Assembly: GCA_964411415.1 (NCBI GenBank)
Contig: CAYPKV010000002.1
Span: 1-44,655, forward strand
Length of the DNA: 44,655 nt
Source of the DNA: an uncultured bacterium
GTDB lineage: Bacteria > Deinococcota > Deinococci > Deinococcales > Trueperaceae
Direction of reading: 5' to 3'
Part shown: in pieces, positions 9,430-17,097 of the stretch
Layout: each line of letters begins with the position of its first letter
Position numbering within the stretch: the first letter of the stretch is position 1
The notes under the pieces: generated by a model
Database searches by the model: none
Seen by the model: the letters and a program-made list of their open reading frames with translations, nothing else
Told to the model about the DNA's origin: nothing
Made by a program: the position numbers and the translations under genes

Positions 9430-10914
9430 ATGTCGAAAGGTGCAGCAAACAGGTTCAGGCTCTCAGTGCTGACCAGGCTGGCAGTTGCAGCAGTACTGTT
9501 CGTTGCAGGCTGCACCGTACAGCCGGCTGCCGCACCCGCAGAACGAGCGGCTGATGCGGACCGGCCGGCGACCACCATCACCGTGTTCCTGGCGGAAAGT
9601 GATACCCGTGGGTCCATCGCGGAGAAGTTCGGCGGTGATGTGCTCGTTTGGCATGGACCGGGCGACGTTACCTCAGAACCGACTGACGCAGGTACTGACT
9701 ACCTGCCTTTCGCTGTGCTTACAGTCACTGAGCCGCTCACCAGTCTCCGCACCGCTGCAGCCTGTCCTGAACAGCCGGTACCCGGCGATACCTGTGTGGA
9801 ACAGAACTCTCCAGGCTTGCTGGCCGGCGCAGACCAGTCACATATCTGGGGATCAGGCCGGTCGAACCACTTCGACACCGTTGTCATCGAAGGCCGCTCG
9901 TCACTCTGGAATGAGGGCAGGTCATCCCTGTGGAACGAAGGGAACGTCTTCGTCGGTCTCCCGGAGAACACCGACCTGTGGAGGCGCACCAACCTGCGTA
10001 TGGCGCAGGACCGCTCCATGGCGGGCGAACGGCTCGGTGACGGCATCGTCGTCGCCGTCATCGATACGGGCATCGACCTCGAGCACCCCTGGCTGGTACC
10101 GGCGCTGACGGATCCGTCGACGTGGCTTGACCTGGTTGACGGTGACACCTGGCCGATGGAACACGGTTCGTTCACCGACCAGGCAACACCAGCCTACGGA
10201 CACGGCACAGCCATCGCCGGGGTGATCCGCCAGATCGCTCCCGCCGCGCAGATAATGCCAATCAGGGTGCTTTACCCTGACGGTCACGGTTACGTGAGCG
10301 ACGTCGTCGCAGCCATTGCGCACGCGATCGAACACGGCGCTGACGTCATCAACCTGTCACTCGGCGGGCGGGTCCGCAGCGAGGCGCTCAACCAGGTGCT
10401 CGGCCTGGCCACCCAGCAGGGTATCCACGTGGTCATGTCCGCCGGCAACACCGGCCTGCTGCCGGCAGCCCGCGACAGGGGACAGGTCACCTGGCCCGGC
10501 CAGGACAGCAACGACGTCCACATACCAGGCCATCACTACCGCCTGACGGTCACCAGTGTCGGAAGCGGCGACCTCAAGTCAGACTTCGCAGCCCACGGTC
10601 CGGCAGTCGGCCTGGCAGCACCGGGTGAACTGGTCTGGTCATTCGCCCCGGACGACCAGCTGGCAGCCTGGTCAGGTACGTCACTCGCCGCGCCCATGGC
10701 AGCAGGAGCCCTTGCCCTGGCGCTCGCTGAGGACGCAGCAGGACTCCTGGCGGCACAGCCGCGTGACCTGGTCGGCATCCTTGCCAGATCCGGCAGCCAG
10801 CTGTACGCGGACGGTGCGAACAGCGATTACCGCGAAGGCTCGCTGCTCGGCTACAGCCGCCTGGACTTCTGGGAGTTCCTCCACGCCGTGCTTGAACAGA
10901 ACAGCGATGAGTGA
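9430..10914 (+). CDS. Subtilisin-like S8 serine protease lipoprotein
   Basis: GGAGGTG precedes the ATG at 9430. The lipobox is LFVAG|C. The catalytic residues are D (VAVIDTGID), H (HGTAIAG), N (SAGNTG) and S (GTSLAAPMAAG). Confidence 0.9.
   Translation: MSKGAANRFRLSVLTRLAVAAVLFVAGCTVQPAAAPAERAADADRPATTITVFLAESDTRGSIAEKFGGDVLVWHGPGDVTSEPTDAGTDYLPFAVLTVTEPLTSLRTAAACPEQPVPGDTCVEQNSPGLLAGADQSHIWGSGRSNHFDTVVIEGRSSLWNEGRSSLWNEGNVFVGLPENTDLWRRTNLRMAQDRSMAGERLGDGIVVAVIDTGIDLEHPWLVPALTDPSTWLDLVDGDTWPMEHGSFTDQATPAYGHGTAIAGVIRQIAPAAQIMPIRVLYPDGHGYVSDVVAAIAHAIEHGADVINLSLGGRVRSEALNQVLGLATQQGIHVVMSAGNTGLLPAARDRGQVTWPGQDSNDVHIPGHHYRLTVTSVGSGDLKSDFAAHGPAVGLAAPGELVWSFAPDDQLAAWSGTSLAAPMAAGALALALAEDAAGLLAAQPRDLVGILARSGSQLYADGANSDYREGSLLGYSRLDFWEFLHAVLEQNSDE
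9889..9945 (+). repeat. Tandem in-frame duplication encoding EGRSSLWN-EGRSSLWN-EGN in the protease pro-region
   Basis: The two 24-nt units, gaaggccgctcgtcactctggaat and gagggcaggtcatccctgtggaac, encode identical peptides. They differ in 6 of 8 codons, and every difference is synonymous. Confidence 0.9.
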
Positions 10915-12853
10915 GCCAGCCGGCGAAGCGCTGACACAGACTGTGACGACCGCCGAACAACTCCTGGAGCGTGCCCAGGCAGCCTGGACCGGTGACGACC
11001 CTGCCGTGGCCAGGGAACTTGCCGGGCAGGCGCTTCAGCACCCGGATGTGCAGCGGGAAAGCAGTCTTGAGTTCGAAGCCAGGATGCTCCTCGGCCGTAT
11101 CCAGCGCGCCAGCGGCAGCCTCGCTGAAGCTGCAGCCAGTTTCGCCAGCGCGGCTCAGGCTGCCCGGCGGAGCGGGGACGTCGGCAGGGAACTCAGTGCC
11201 ATCAACCTGCAGGCAAGTGCCGTACACGGCCTCGGACAGCAGCGGCGCGCACTGGGGATGCTGGAACGCGCCCTGCAGACTGCCATCGCAGCCGGGGAAC
11301 TCGACCGTGCCGCCGGCATCAACAGCAACATCGGTGAACTGCGCCGCGCAGCCGGCAACTATCCCGAGGCGCTCGAAGCACTGGTCGCCGCGCAGGAACA
11401 CTACGACGCCCAGGAAACTGTCAGCCGCGCAAGCGCCGTTAACCTCATCAACCTCGGCAACCTGAACCAGGACCTGGGCAGGCCCACAGAAGCACGCCGC
11501 CTGTTCAGCCAGGCGCTGGAAGTCGGCAGCGAACTGCCGGATGATGAACTGATTGCGGTCGCGCTGAACAACCTGGCCAACTGCGACCTGGCTGCAGGCG
11601 ACTACACAGTGGCAGGCGAACGGTTCCGGGAAGCACTGCGGCTGGCCCGGCACCTGTCATCCGCGGCACTGGAGATCGACAACTTAGACGGCCTGGGTCA
11701 GGTGCTGTGGGCACTGGGAGACCATTCCACGGCGGCCGGCGTCTACGCGGAAGCGCTCGAAGTGGCTCGCACGCTTGACGACAGGGAAGGGCAGCTTGAC
11801 GCACTGGTGAACCTGGCTGAAGCTGCCGGCAGGCTCGGTCAGCATGCCGATGCCATAACGAGCCTGCTCGAGGCACTCGGGCTGGCCGAGGAACTCGAGC
11901 TGCGCAGCCGGCAGTTCGAGATACACCGGATGCTGTCAGATGAGTACGAAGCAGCCGGTGATCCGTGGGGCGCGCTGCGCCACTCTCGACTTTTCCACGC
12001 GCTTGAGAGCGCCGTCTTCAACGAACAGAACGAGGAGCGGATCAGTGAGCTGCTCGTACGCTTCGAACTCGACCGGTCCCAGCACGAAGCTGAGAAGTAC
12101 AGGATACGCACCGAGATCATGCAGGAAGCCATCGAGCAGGCGGAGGACCGTATCCGCGAACGCACGGCTGAACTCGAGGAAGCGCATCTGGACCTGGTGG
12201 CCCGCCTGGCACTGGCAACCGAGTTCCGCGACGACAATACTGGCCAGCACATCCATCGGGTCGGCCGCTCAGCTGCAGTCCTGGCCTGGCTGCTCGGTTT
12301 CAGTCGCGATGACTCAGCCTTGCTGTACTTCGCAGCGAAACTGCATGACGTCGGAAAGATCGGCATCCCTGATGCGGTACTGCGGAAACAGGGCCGCCTG
12401 ACGGGCGAAGAGCAGCAGCTGATCCACGATCACACTGTCACCGGAGCGCGGTTGCTCTCAGGCGGCCGCTCGCGGTTGTTGAAGACCGCAGAACAGGTAT
12501 GCCTCGCTCACCACGAACGTTTCGACGGCAAAGGTTACCCGTTTGGCCTGGCAGCCGCGACCATACCCTGGTGCGCACGCATCGTCACCGTAGCTGACGT
12601 GCTCGACGCTCTGATCCATGAGCGGCCCTACAAGGAAGCGTGGCCCCTCAATGAAGCGCTGGCGGAAATCCGCAGCCAGGCGGGACGCCAGTTCGATCCG
12701 GATGTCGTGGAAGCGTGCCTGCAGGCGTTCGGCGGCCCGGCTGACCTCAGTCCGTTCGACACCTTGAGCACACGTGAAGAACTGGACGAACTGCTTGAGA
12801 ACATCAGGCCATGGCGCCTGAACGGTGACGTGGAACGCGTCAGCGAATGGTGA
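10907..12853 (+). CDS. TPR-repeat, coiled-coil and HD-GYP domain protein (putative c-di-GMP phosphodiesterase)
   Basis: The ATG at 10907 overlaps the protease stop (ATGAGTGA). The N-terminal half contains TPR-like repeats. The HD-GYP motifs are 'KLHDVGKIGIP' and 'HHERFDGKGYPFGL'. Confidence 0.85.
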   Translation: MSEPAGEALTQTVTTAEQLLERAQAAWTGDDPAVARELAGQALQHPDVQRESSLEFEARMLLGRIQRASGSLAEAAASFASAAQAARRSGDVGRELSAINLQASAVHGLGQQRRALGMLERALQTAIAAGELDRAAGINSNIGELRRAAGNYPEALEALVAAQEHYDAQETVSRASAVNLINLGNLNQDLGRPTEARRLFSQALEVGSELPDDELIAVALNNLANCDLAAGDYTVAGERFREALRLARHLSSAALEIDNLDGLGQVLWALGDHSTAAGVYAEALEVARTLDDREGQLDALVNLAEAAGRLGQHADAITSLLEALGLAEELELRSRQFEIHRMLSDEYEAAGDPWGALRHSRLFHALESAVFNEQNEERISELLVRFELDRSQHEAEKYRIRTEIMQEAIEQAEDRIRERTAELEEAHLDLVARLALATEFRDDNTGQHIHRVGRSAAVLAWLLGFSRDDSALLYFAAKLHDVGKIGIPDAVLRKQGRLTGEEQQLIHDHTVTGARLLSGGRSRLLKTAEQVCLAHHERFDGKGYPFGLAAATIPWCARIVTVADVLDALIHERPYKEAWPLNEALAEIRSQAGRQFDPDVVEACLQAFGGPADLSPFDTLSTREELDELLENIRPWRLNGDVERVSEW

Positions 12854-12860
12854 CGGCGGT

Positions 12861-14180
12861 TCAGTTCACCCTGCCCCAGTAACTGAGGAGCAGACCAGTC
12901 CGGTCGCTCTGCTGAAGCTTCTCGACCAGGCTGCTGACGTAGTTCGCAGCCGTCTTCGCTGATATGCCCAGTTCACTGGCGATCTGGCCGTTCTCCAGCC
13001 CCCTGGCCACCAGGCGCCACACTTCCCGTTCCCTGGGCAACAGACCCGGGTCATCGAGGATCGGTCCGGAGTAAACCCGGTGCCCGGCAGCGACACGCTC
13101 AAGGTGACCACGCAACTGACGGATGCCTTCCGGTTCCACCACAAGCCCGTCGGGCTGCAGGTCCTGAAGGTCGAGCAGGTAAGCGATGGAGCTCTGACCG
13201 GTCACCACGAGCGAACCGGTACTGACGGACGGCAGCGTAGAGAGCGCATAACCAAGCGGCAGATCCAGAATCAGGGTCAGTGGCACATCGAAATGCCAGT
13301 CCTGCATGAGGTTGCGCGCCAGGTTGCCGGCCGTGACGGAACCGGAGAGGATGTTGAGGTTATGGACCGGCGCACGGACTCCGACCACGTTGCTGACCGG
13401 GACCTCTACCCGGTTCGGGCGTGCAGTCAGGAGCCGCGCCTCTGCCAGGCGGAGTACCTCAAGTCCAGGTGCTTCGGTGAGCTGCACCCACACGTGTTTG
13501 AGGGCCAGTCCACTGCGCAGCAGGAAAGCATCGAAGCGCGGTCGTTCACGGGCGGGCACGAGTAGCACCATCCGCTGCTCATCGACGCTGTAAGCCTGGT
13601 CGTCCTCGGTCAGCATGCCACGGAGCCTGTGGGCGAACGTACGCAGTGCCAGGGGACCACCAGCGTCGGGTCCGGAGTTCAGCGCGATGATGGCCAGCAC
13701 GTAATCGGACCGTGTTCCGCTGCGCAGGTCGCGTTCCAGCATCTTCATCCTGGGCAGACCGGTGAGCCAGTCACGTCTCGCCTGGCGCGCCAGTTCCTCG
13801 GCATAACCTGCTGCAGTCATAAGCGACAGCAGCCGGTCACTGTACAGGGACGCCAGCAGCTGGGCTCCGGGCGTATCCGGGATGTCGTGGGTGATGAGCC
13901 AGAGCGGCTCGGGTGGACCCATGTATAGCTCGAGCAGCGATGGCCCGTACTCAGGCAGAACGACCTTGCCCTGCTTGAACGTATCGGTGGCGTGCAGCTG
14001 ATCCAGGACCGTGAGGCTGGCTCCGGGCAGCAGGCGCTCCAGAGCCGGAGCGGCCTGATCCCTCAGTCCGTCGAAATCCAGGGTTGCGAGCGGCGCAATT
14101 GCCGCGGCAACCCGTTCATGTATCGACAGGTGGTCGGCCGGCAGGTTGGGACCGGAATCGGTGGCGGATGAAACTGCCAT
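12861..14180 (-). CDS. Regulator paralog 1: N-terminal domain, degenerate GGDEF-like domain, receiver-like domain and LuxR-type HTH
   Basis: The ORF extends to a TTG at 14219, but I prefer the ATG at 14180. 'RRDWLTGLP' marks the start of a GGDEF fold, and the GGDEF position reads 'SVDEQ'. A receiver-like segment reads 'LTLILDLPLGYAL...LVVTGQ'. The C-terminal HTH is 'REREVWRLVARGLENGQIASELGISAKTAANYVSSL'. Confidence 0.7.
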   Translation of the reverse strand: MAVSSATDSGPNLPADHLSIHERVAAAIAPLATLDFDGLRDQAAPALERLLPGASLTVLDQLHATDTFKQGKVVLPEYGPSLLELYMGPPEPLWLITHDIPDTPGAQLLASLYSDRLLSLMTAAGYAEELARQARRDWLTGLPRMKMLERDLRSGTRSDYVLAIIALNSGPDAGGPLALRTFAHRLRGMLTEDDQAYSVDEQRMVLLVPARERPRFDAFLLRSGLALKHVWVQLTEAPGLEVLRLAEARLLTARPNRVEVPVSNVVGVRAPVHNLNILSGSVTAGNLARNLMQDWHFDVPLTLILDLPLGYALSTLPSVSTGSLVVTGQSSIAYLLDLQDLQPDGLVVEPEGIRQLRGHLERVAAGHRVYSGPILDDPGLLPREREVWRLVARGLENGQIASELGISAKTAANYVSSLVEKLQQSDRTGLLLSYWGRVN

Positions 14181-14245
14181 GCTCCAGCATACGCATGGCA
14201 GTGAGTGTCGAAGTGGCAATGGTCACGTACGGCTTCGGTGTCAGC

Positions 14246-15649
14246 TCACTGGTTGGGGCCAAGCTGGTCCCAGTAGGCCAGAGCTACTTCACTGCGACTG
14301 TTCAGGTGCAGCTTGTCCCTGAGACCAGTGAAGTAGTTGGCTGCCGTGCGCTCGCTGATGCCCATCACCGTTGCGACCTGCGAGTTGCTGAGGCCGCGGG
14401 CAATGAGCCGCCACACCTCCCGTTCGCGGGGGAACAGTCCGCTGCCTTCGATGACCGGACCCGCGTAGACCCGTTCGCCCCGTGCGATTGTCTCAAGGTG
14501 GTTCCGGAGTTCCTGCACGGCGAGCGTACCCACGACCAGCCCTTCGGGTTCATGATCCATCAGGTCATAAAGGTACCCGCTGGAAGCACCATCGGTCACC
14601 GTCAGCACGGGGCGGCGAACCGTCGCGAGCCTCTCCAGGGCGAAACCCGTCGGCAGATCCAGGATCAGGCTTATCGGCCTGGAGAACTGCCAGTCCCTGG
14701 TCACGTGTTCGAGCAGGGCCCGGCCTGTTGACGTGCCGGACAGCCGGGTGAGCGGGTGAAGTACGGGCCGGATGCTGCGCCGCACCGGTTCTGCACTCCT
14801 CGCCCGACCCGCCTGGTCCCGGCGTGGATCGCGACCCGTCAGGCGTGTAAGTGCCAGGTTGACCACGTCGCTGCCGGTGGCTTCACCGGTGAGCGCATAT
14901 GCCAGGCGGGCCTCGGGTGCCAGGCGACTGACCGCCGCCTGCAGACGGTCCAGCTGGGCCTCCGGAGTCAGTACTGCCGTGATGTTTCCTGCCAGCTGGA
15001 ACGCGCGGTCTTCCTCGGCAAGCGTCAGACGCAGCGAGTGCGCGAACCAGCGTTTGCGCAGCTGCTGCATGCGCTTACCGTGGCTGCTGTCCAGCGCAGG
15101 CAGGTCGATGAGCAGCACTGCTAGGGGTGGTGCAAACGGATCCAGCTCCTGGAGTGCTGCTTCGAGGCTCTCAGCCCAGTGGAGCCCGGTGAGCCAGTCA
15201 CGGTGACTCTGCCGGCCCAGCTCCTCGGAGTAGCCGCTGAGGTGCAGGGCACGCTGCAGCCGGTCGAAGAACAGGTCCAGGATGACCGTCACTGCCGGGT
15301 CGTCAGCGAAGCCGCTGGCGCTGAACCACACTGGCTCTGGCGGTCCCAGGTAGACGTCACTGTAGACGCACGTGCCGTCTTCGAGCCTCACCAGTCCGCG
15401 CTGGTCTTCGCTGCTGGAGCCGGTGCCGGTAGGCCGGGAGTGCTCCGTGCTCACCTGCAGCCGTGCCTCAGGCACAAGCTGCTGCAGGGCATGCGCAGCG
15501 CGGATCAGTACCTGATCGAAAGTCAGCTCGTCGAAACCTCCGGTAGCGTCCACCACCAGCCGGTAGTACTGTTCAAGCTGTTCCAGCTCCTGCTGGTCAT
15601 TCATATCAGTGCCTGTGGCCTTCTGATCTGCGTTGTTCACACCCTGCAT
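14246..15649 (-). CDS. Regulator paralog 2: same architecture as 12861..14180
   Basis: The sequence contains 'HRDWLTGLH'. The GGDEF position reads 'LAGNI'. The receiver-like segment is 'ISLILDLPTGFAL...VLTVTDG'. The HTH is 'REREVWRLIARGLSNSQVATVMGISERTAANYFTGL'. It is colinear with paralog 1 along its whole length. Confidence 0.7.
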   Translation of the reverse strand: MQGVNNADQKATGTDMNDQQELEQLEQYYRLVVDATGGFDELTFDQVLIRAAHALQQLVPEARLQVSTEHSRPTGTGSSSEDQRGLVRLEDGTCVYSDVYLGPPEPVWFSASGFADDPAVTVILDLFFDRLQRALHLSGYSEELGRQSHRDWLTGLHWAESLEAALQELDPFAPPLAVLLIDLPALDSSHGKRMQQLRKRWFAHSLRLTLAEEDRAFQLAGNITAVLTPEAQLDRLQAAVSRLAPEARLAYALTGEATGSDVVNLALTRLTGRDPRRDQAGRARSAEPVRRSIRPVLHPLTRLSGTSTGRALLEHVTRDWQFSRPISLILDLPTGFALERLATVRRPVLTVTDGASSGYLYDLMDHEPEGLVVGTLAVQELRNHLETIARGERVYAGPVIEGSGLFPREREVWRLIARGLSNSQVATVMGISERTAANYFTGLRDKLHLNSRSEVALAYWDQLGPNQ

Positions 15650-15678
15650 TCAACTCGCCCTGTCTCAGTCTGCGATCG

Positions 15679-16956
15679 TCAGAAGCGCAGGCGCACGCCG
15701 CCGCCGAGGGCAGCGAGGCCGTCACCTGAACCATCGAAGTACGGCCGGTAACGGCCTTCGATGAACACTCCGAAGTTCTTCGCGAAGCGGTAGCCGGCCC
15801 CCAGGATCAGTTCCCCGAAGAGAGCAGTACCGGTCTCCTCGAAGCTGGCACCCATCCCGACGCCCGCGTAACCATCAACGCTGTCGACCGTAGCACGGTA
15901 CGTGACGGCTCCGGAGACACTAAGTGGAACCTCACCAAAGCCGAAGTCGACGGTCAGGCGTGCTCCCAGGTTGCCGACGATGGCGTCATGGCCGACCGCT
16001 ACCTGGCCGACGAGACCGCCGTTGGGTGCACTGCCGTACAGCGCCAGTGAGATGTTGAACGGTGCGCGGTCGGGAAGCAGGCTGTCCTCCAGGCGGGTGA
16101 TCCGCTCCTCATGATCGGCCAGTACAGCCCTGATCTCACTCAGGTCAGTTTCCATGCCTTGGACTCGCGCCTCCAGCAATGCCAGGTGACCGGACAGTGT
16201 GCCAACCCGGTTCTCCAGTTCGCTGAGCAGGCTGTCCTGGGCCATGTTCCCACGTTCCAGTGCTGCCACGCGGGCTTCCAGGGCCCCCAGCTGGTCACGG
16301 AGGCTGACGCCAAGGGCCATCTCATCGTGCAGCTGGTCAGTCAGAGCGTCCAGCCTGGCTGCCAGAGCAGAGGTGTCAGCGTCGTCTTCAAGTGCAGCAA
16401 GTCGGTCGCGGATCGCGTCCAGTTCGGCATCGGTAGCGTCGGCACGGCCCTCCAGCGCCGCGATCGCCAGCCACAGTTCACTGGCGTCGAACACCGCCGG
16501 GCTGGCCTGCAGCACCGCGATGGCGTTCCAGAGTTCAGCGAGTTCAGCCTCGTGCCGGTCGAGGGCAGCAGCGGCATCAGCCAGGCTGCCGTCGTGTTCA
16601 GCGACCAGTGCCGTCAGGCCACCGAGTTCGTCCTGCAACGCCGAGACTGCCTGGCGCAGCATGGCGATCTCGTCCGGATCGAACGCTTCCAGGTTGAAGC
16701 TGCTGATCATTCGGGCGATGACGACGGCCATCTCGGCGCGGGTGATGTCCTCGGGCCAGCGGTACGTGCCGTCGGGGTAACCGATGTAGATGCCGCGGCT
16801 GACGACGAGTTCGACTGCGTCGTCGGCCCAGGTTCCGGGCGCCTCAGCGATGGCACGGTTGACCTGGGCGGGCGTGCCCGGGGTCACGGGTATCTGTGCG
16901 AACGCCGAACCGGCGAGCGCCACAGACAGTGCGAGTACGGCAAGGGATTTTCTCAT
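15679..16956 (-). CDS. SLH domain, long coiled coil and C-terminal mini beta-barrel outer-membrane tether (OmpM/SlpA-like, short form)
   Basis: AAGGAG precedes the ATG at 16956. The signal peptide is ...AGSAFA|Q. The SLH motif reads 'WADDAVELVVSRGIYIGYPDGTYRWPEDITRAEMAVVIARM'. There are about 190 aa of A/L/E/D-rich heptads. The last 128 aa alternate hydrophobic residues and end ...GGGVRLRF. Confidence 0.8.
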   Translation of the reverse strand: MRKSLAVLALSVALAGSAFAQIPVTPGTPAQVNRAIAEAPGTWADDAVELVVSRGIYIGYPDGTYRWPEDITRAEMAVVIARMISSFNLEAFDPDEIAMLRQAVSALQDELGGLTALVAEHDGSLADAAAALDRHEAELAELWNAIAVLQASPAVFDASELWLAIAALEGRADATDAELDAIRDRLAALEDDADTSALAARLDALTDQLHDEMALGVSLRDQLGALEARVAALERGNMAQDSLLSELENRVGTLSGHLALLEARVQGMETDLSEIRAVLADHEERITRLEDSLLPDRAPFNISLALYGSAPNGGLVGQVAVGHDAIVGNLGARLTVDFGFGEVPLSVSGAVTYRATVDSVDGYAGVGMGASFEETGTALFGELILGAGYRFAKNFGVFIEGRYRPYFDGSGDGLAALGGGVRLRF

Positions 16957-17051
16957 GATCGGCTCCTTGGCTTTCTGTTGGGCATGAGCTGCCCCTCCCG
17001 CGGTTGCAGCGGGCCAGAAACGTGTCTTTCGTGTGGTGGTCTGGCAGTGGT

Positions 17052-17090
17052 CCTTCCTGGGGCGGCCAGCAGGTGGCGGCCCCAGGAAGT
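17052..17090 (-). terminator. Hairpin after the 1136-aa gene (stem CTTCCTGGGGC/GCCCCAGGAAG)
   Basis: An 11-bp perfect inverted repeat starts 8 nt beyond the stop at 17098. The SLH gene, with its own SD, follows 95 nt later. Confidence 0.5.
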
Positions 17091-17097
17091 GTGAGGC

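Noticed and set aside
10556-10906. 117-codon N-terminal extension of the TPR/HD-GYP ORF (the track lists 10556..12853)
   Set aside because: The extension overlaps the S8 protease coding frame and translates to S/R/W-rich junk. The ATG at 10907, coupled to the protease stop, is the sensible start. The same logic was applied to the extensions 20651..20833, 38560..39783 (the part upstream of 39537), 30258..30356 and 6301..6339.
10574-11653. 359-aa minus-strand ORF
   Set aside because: It lies antisense to the end of the S8 protease gene and the TPR region of the HD-GYP gene. It has no motifs and shadow-frame composition.
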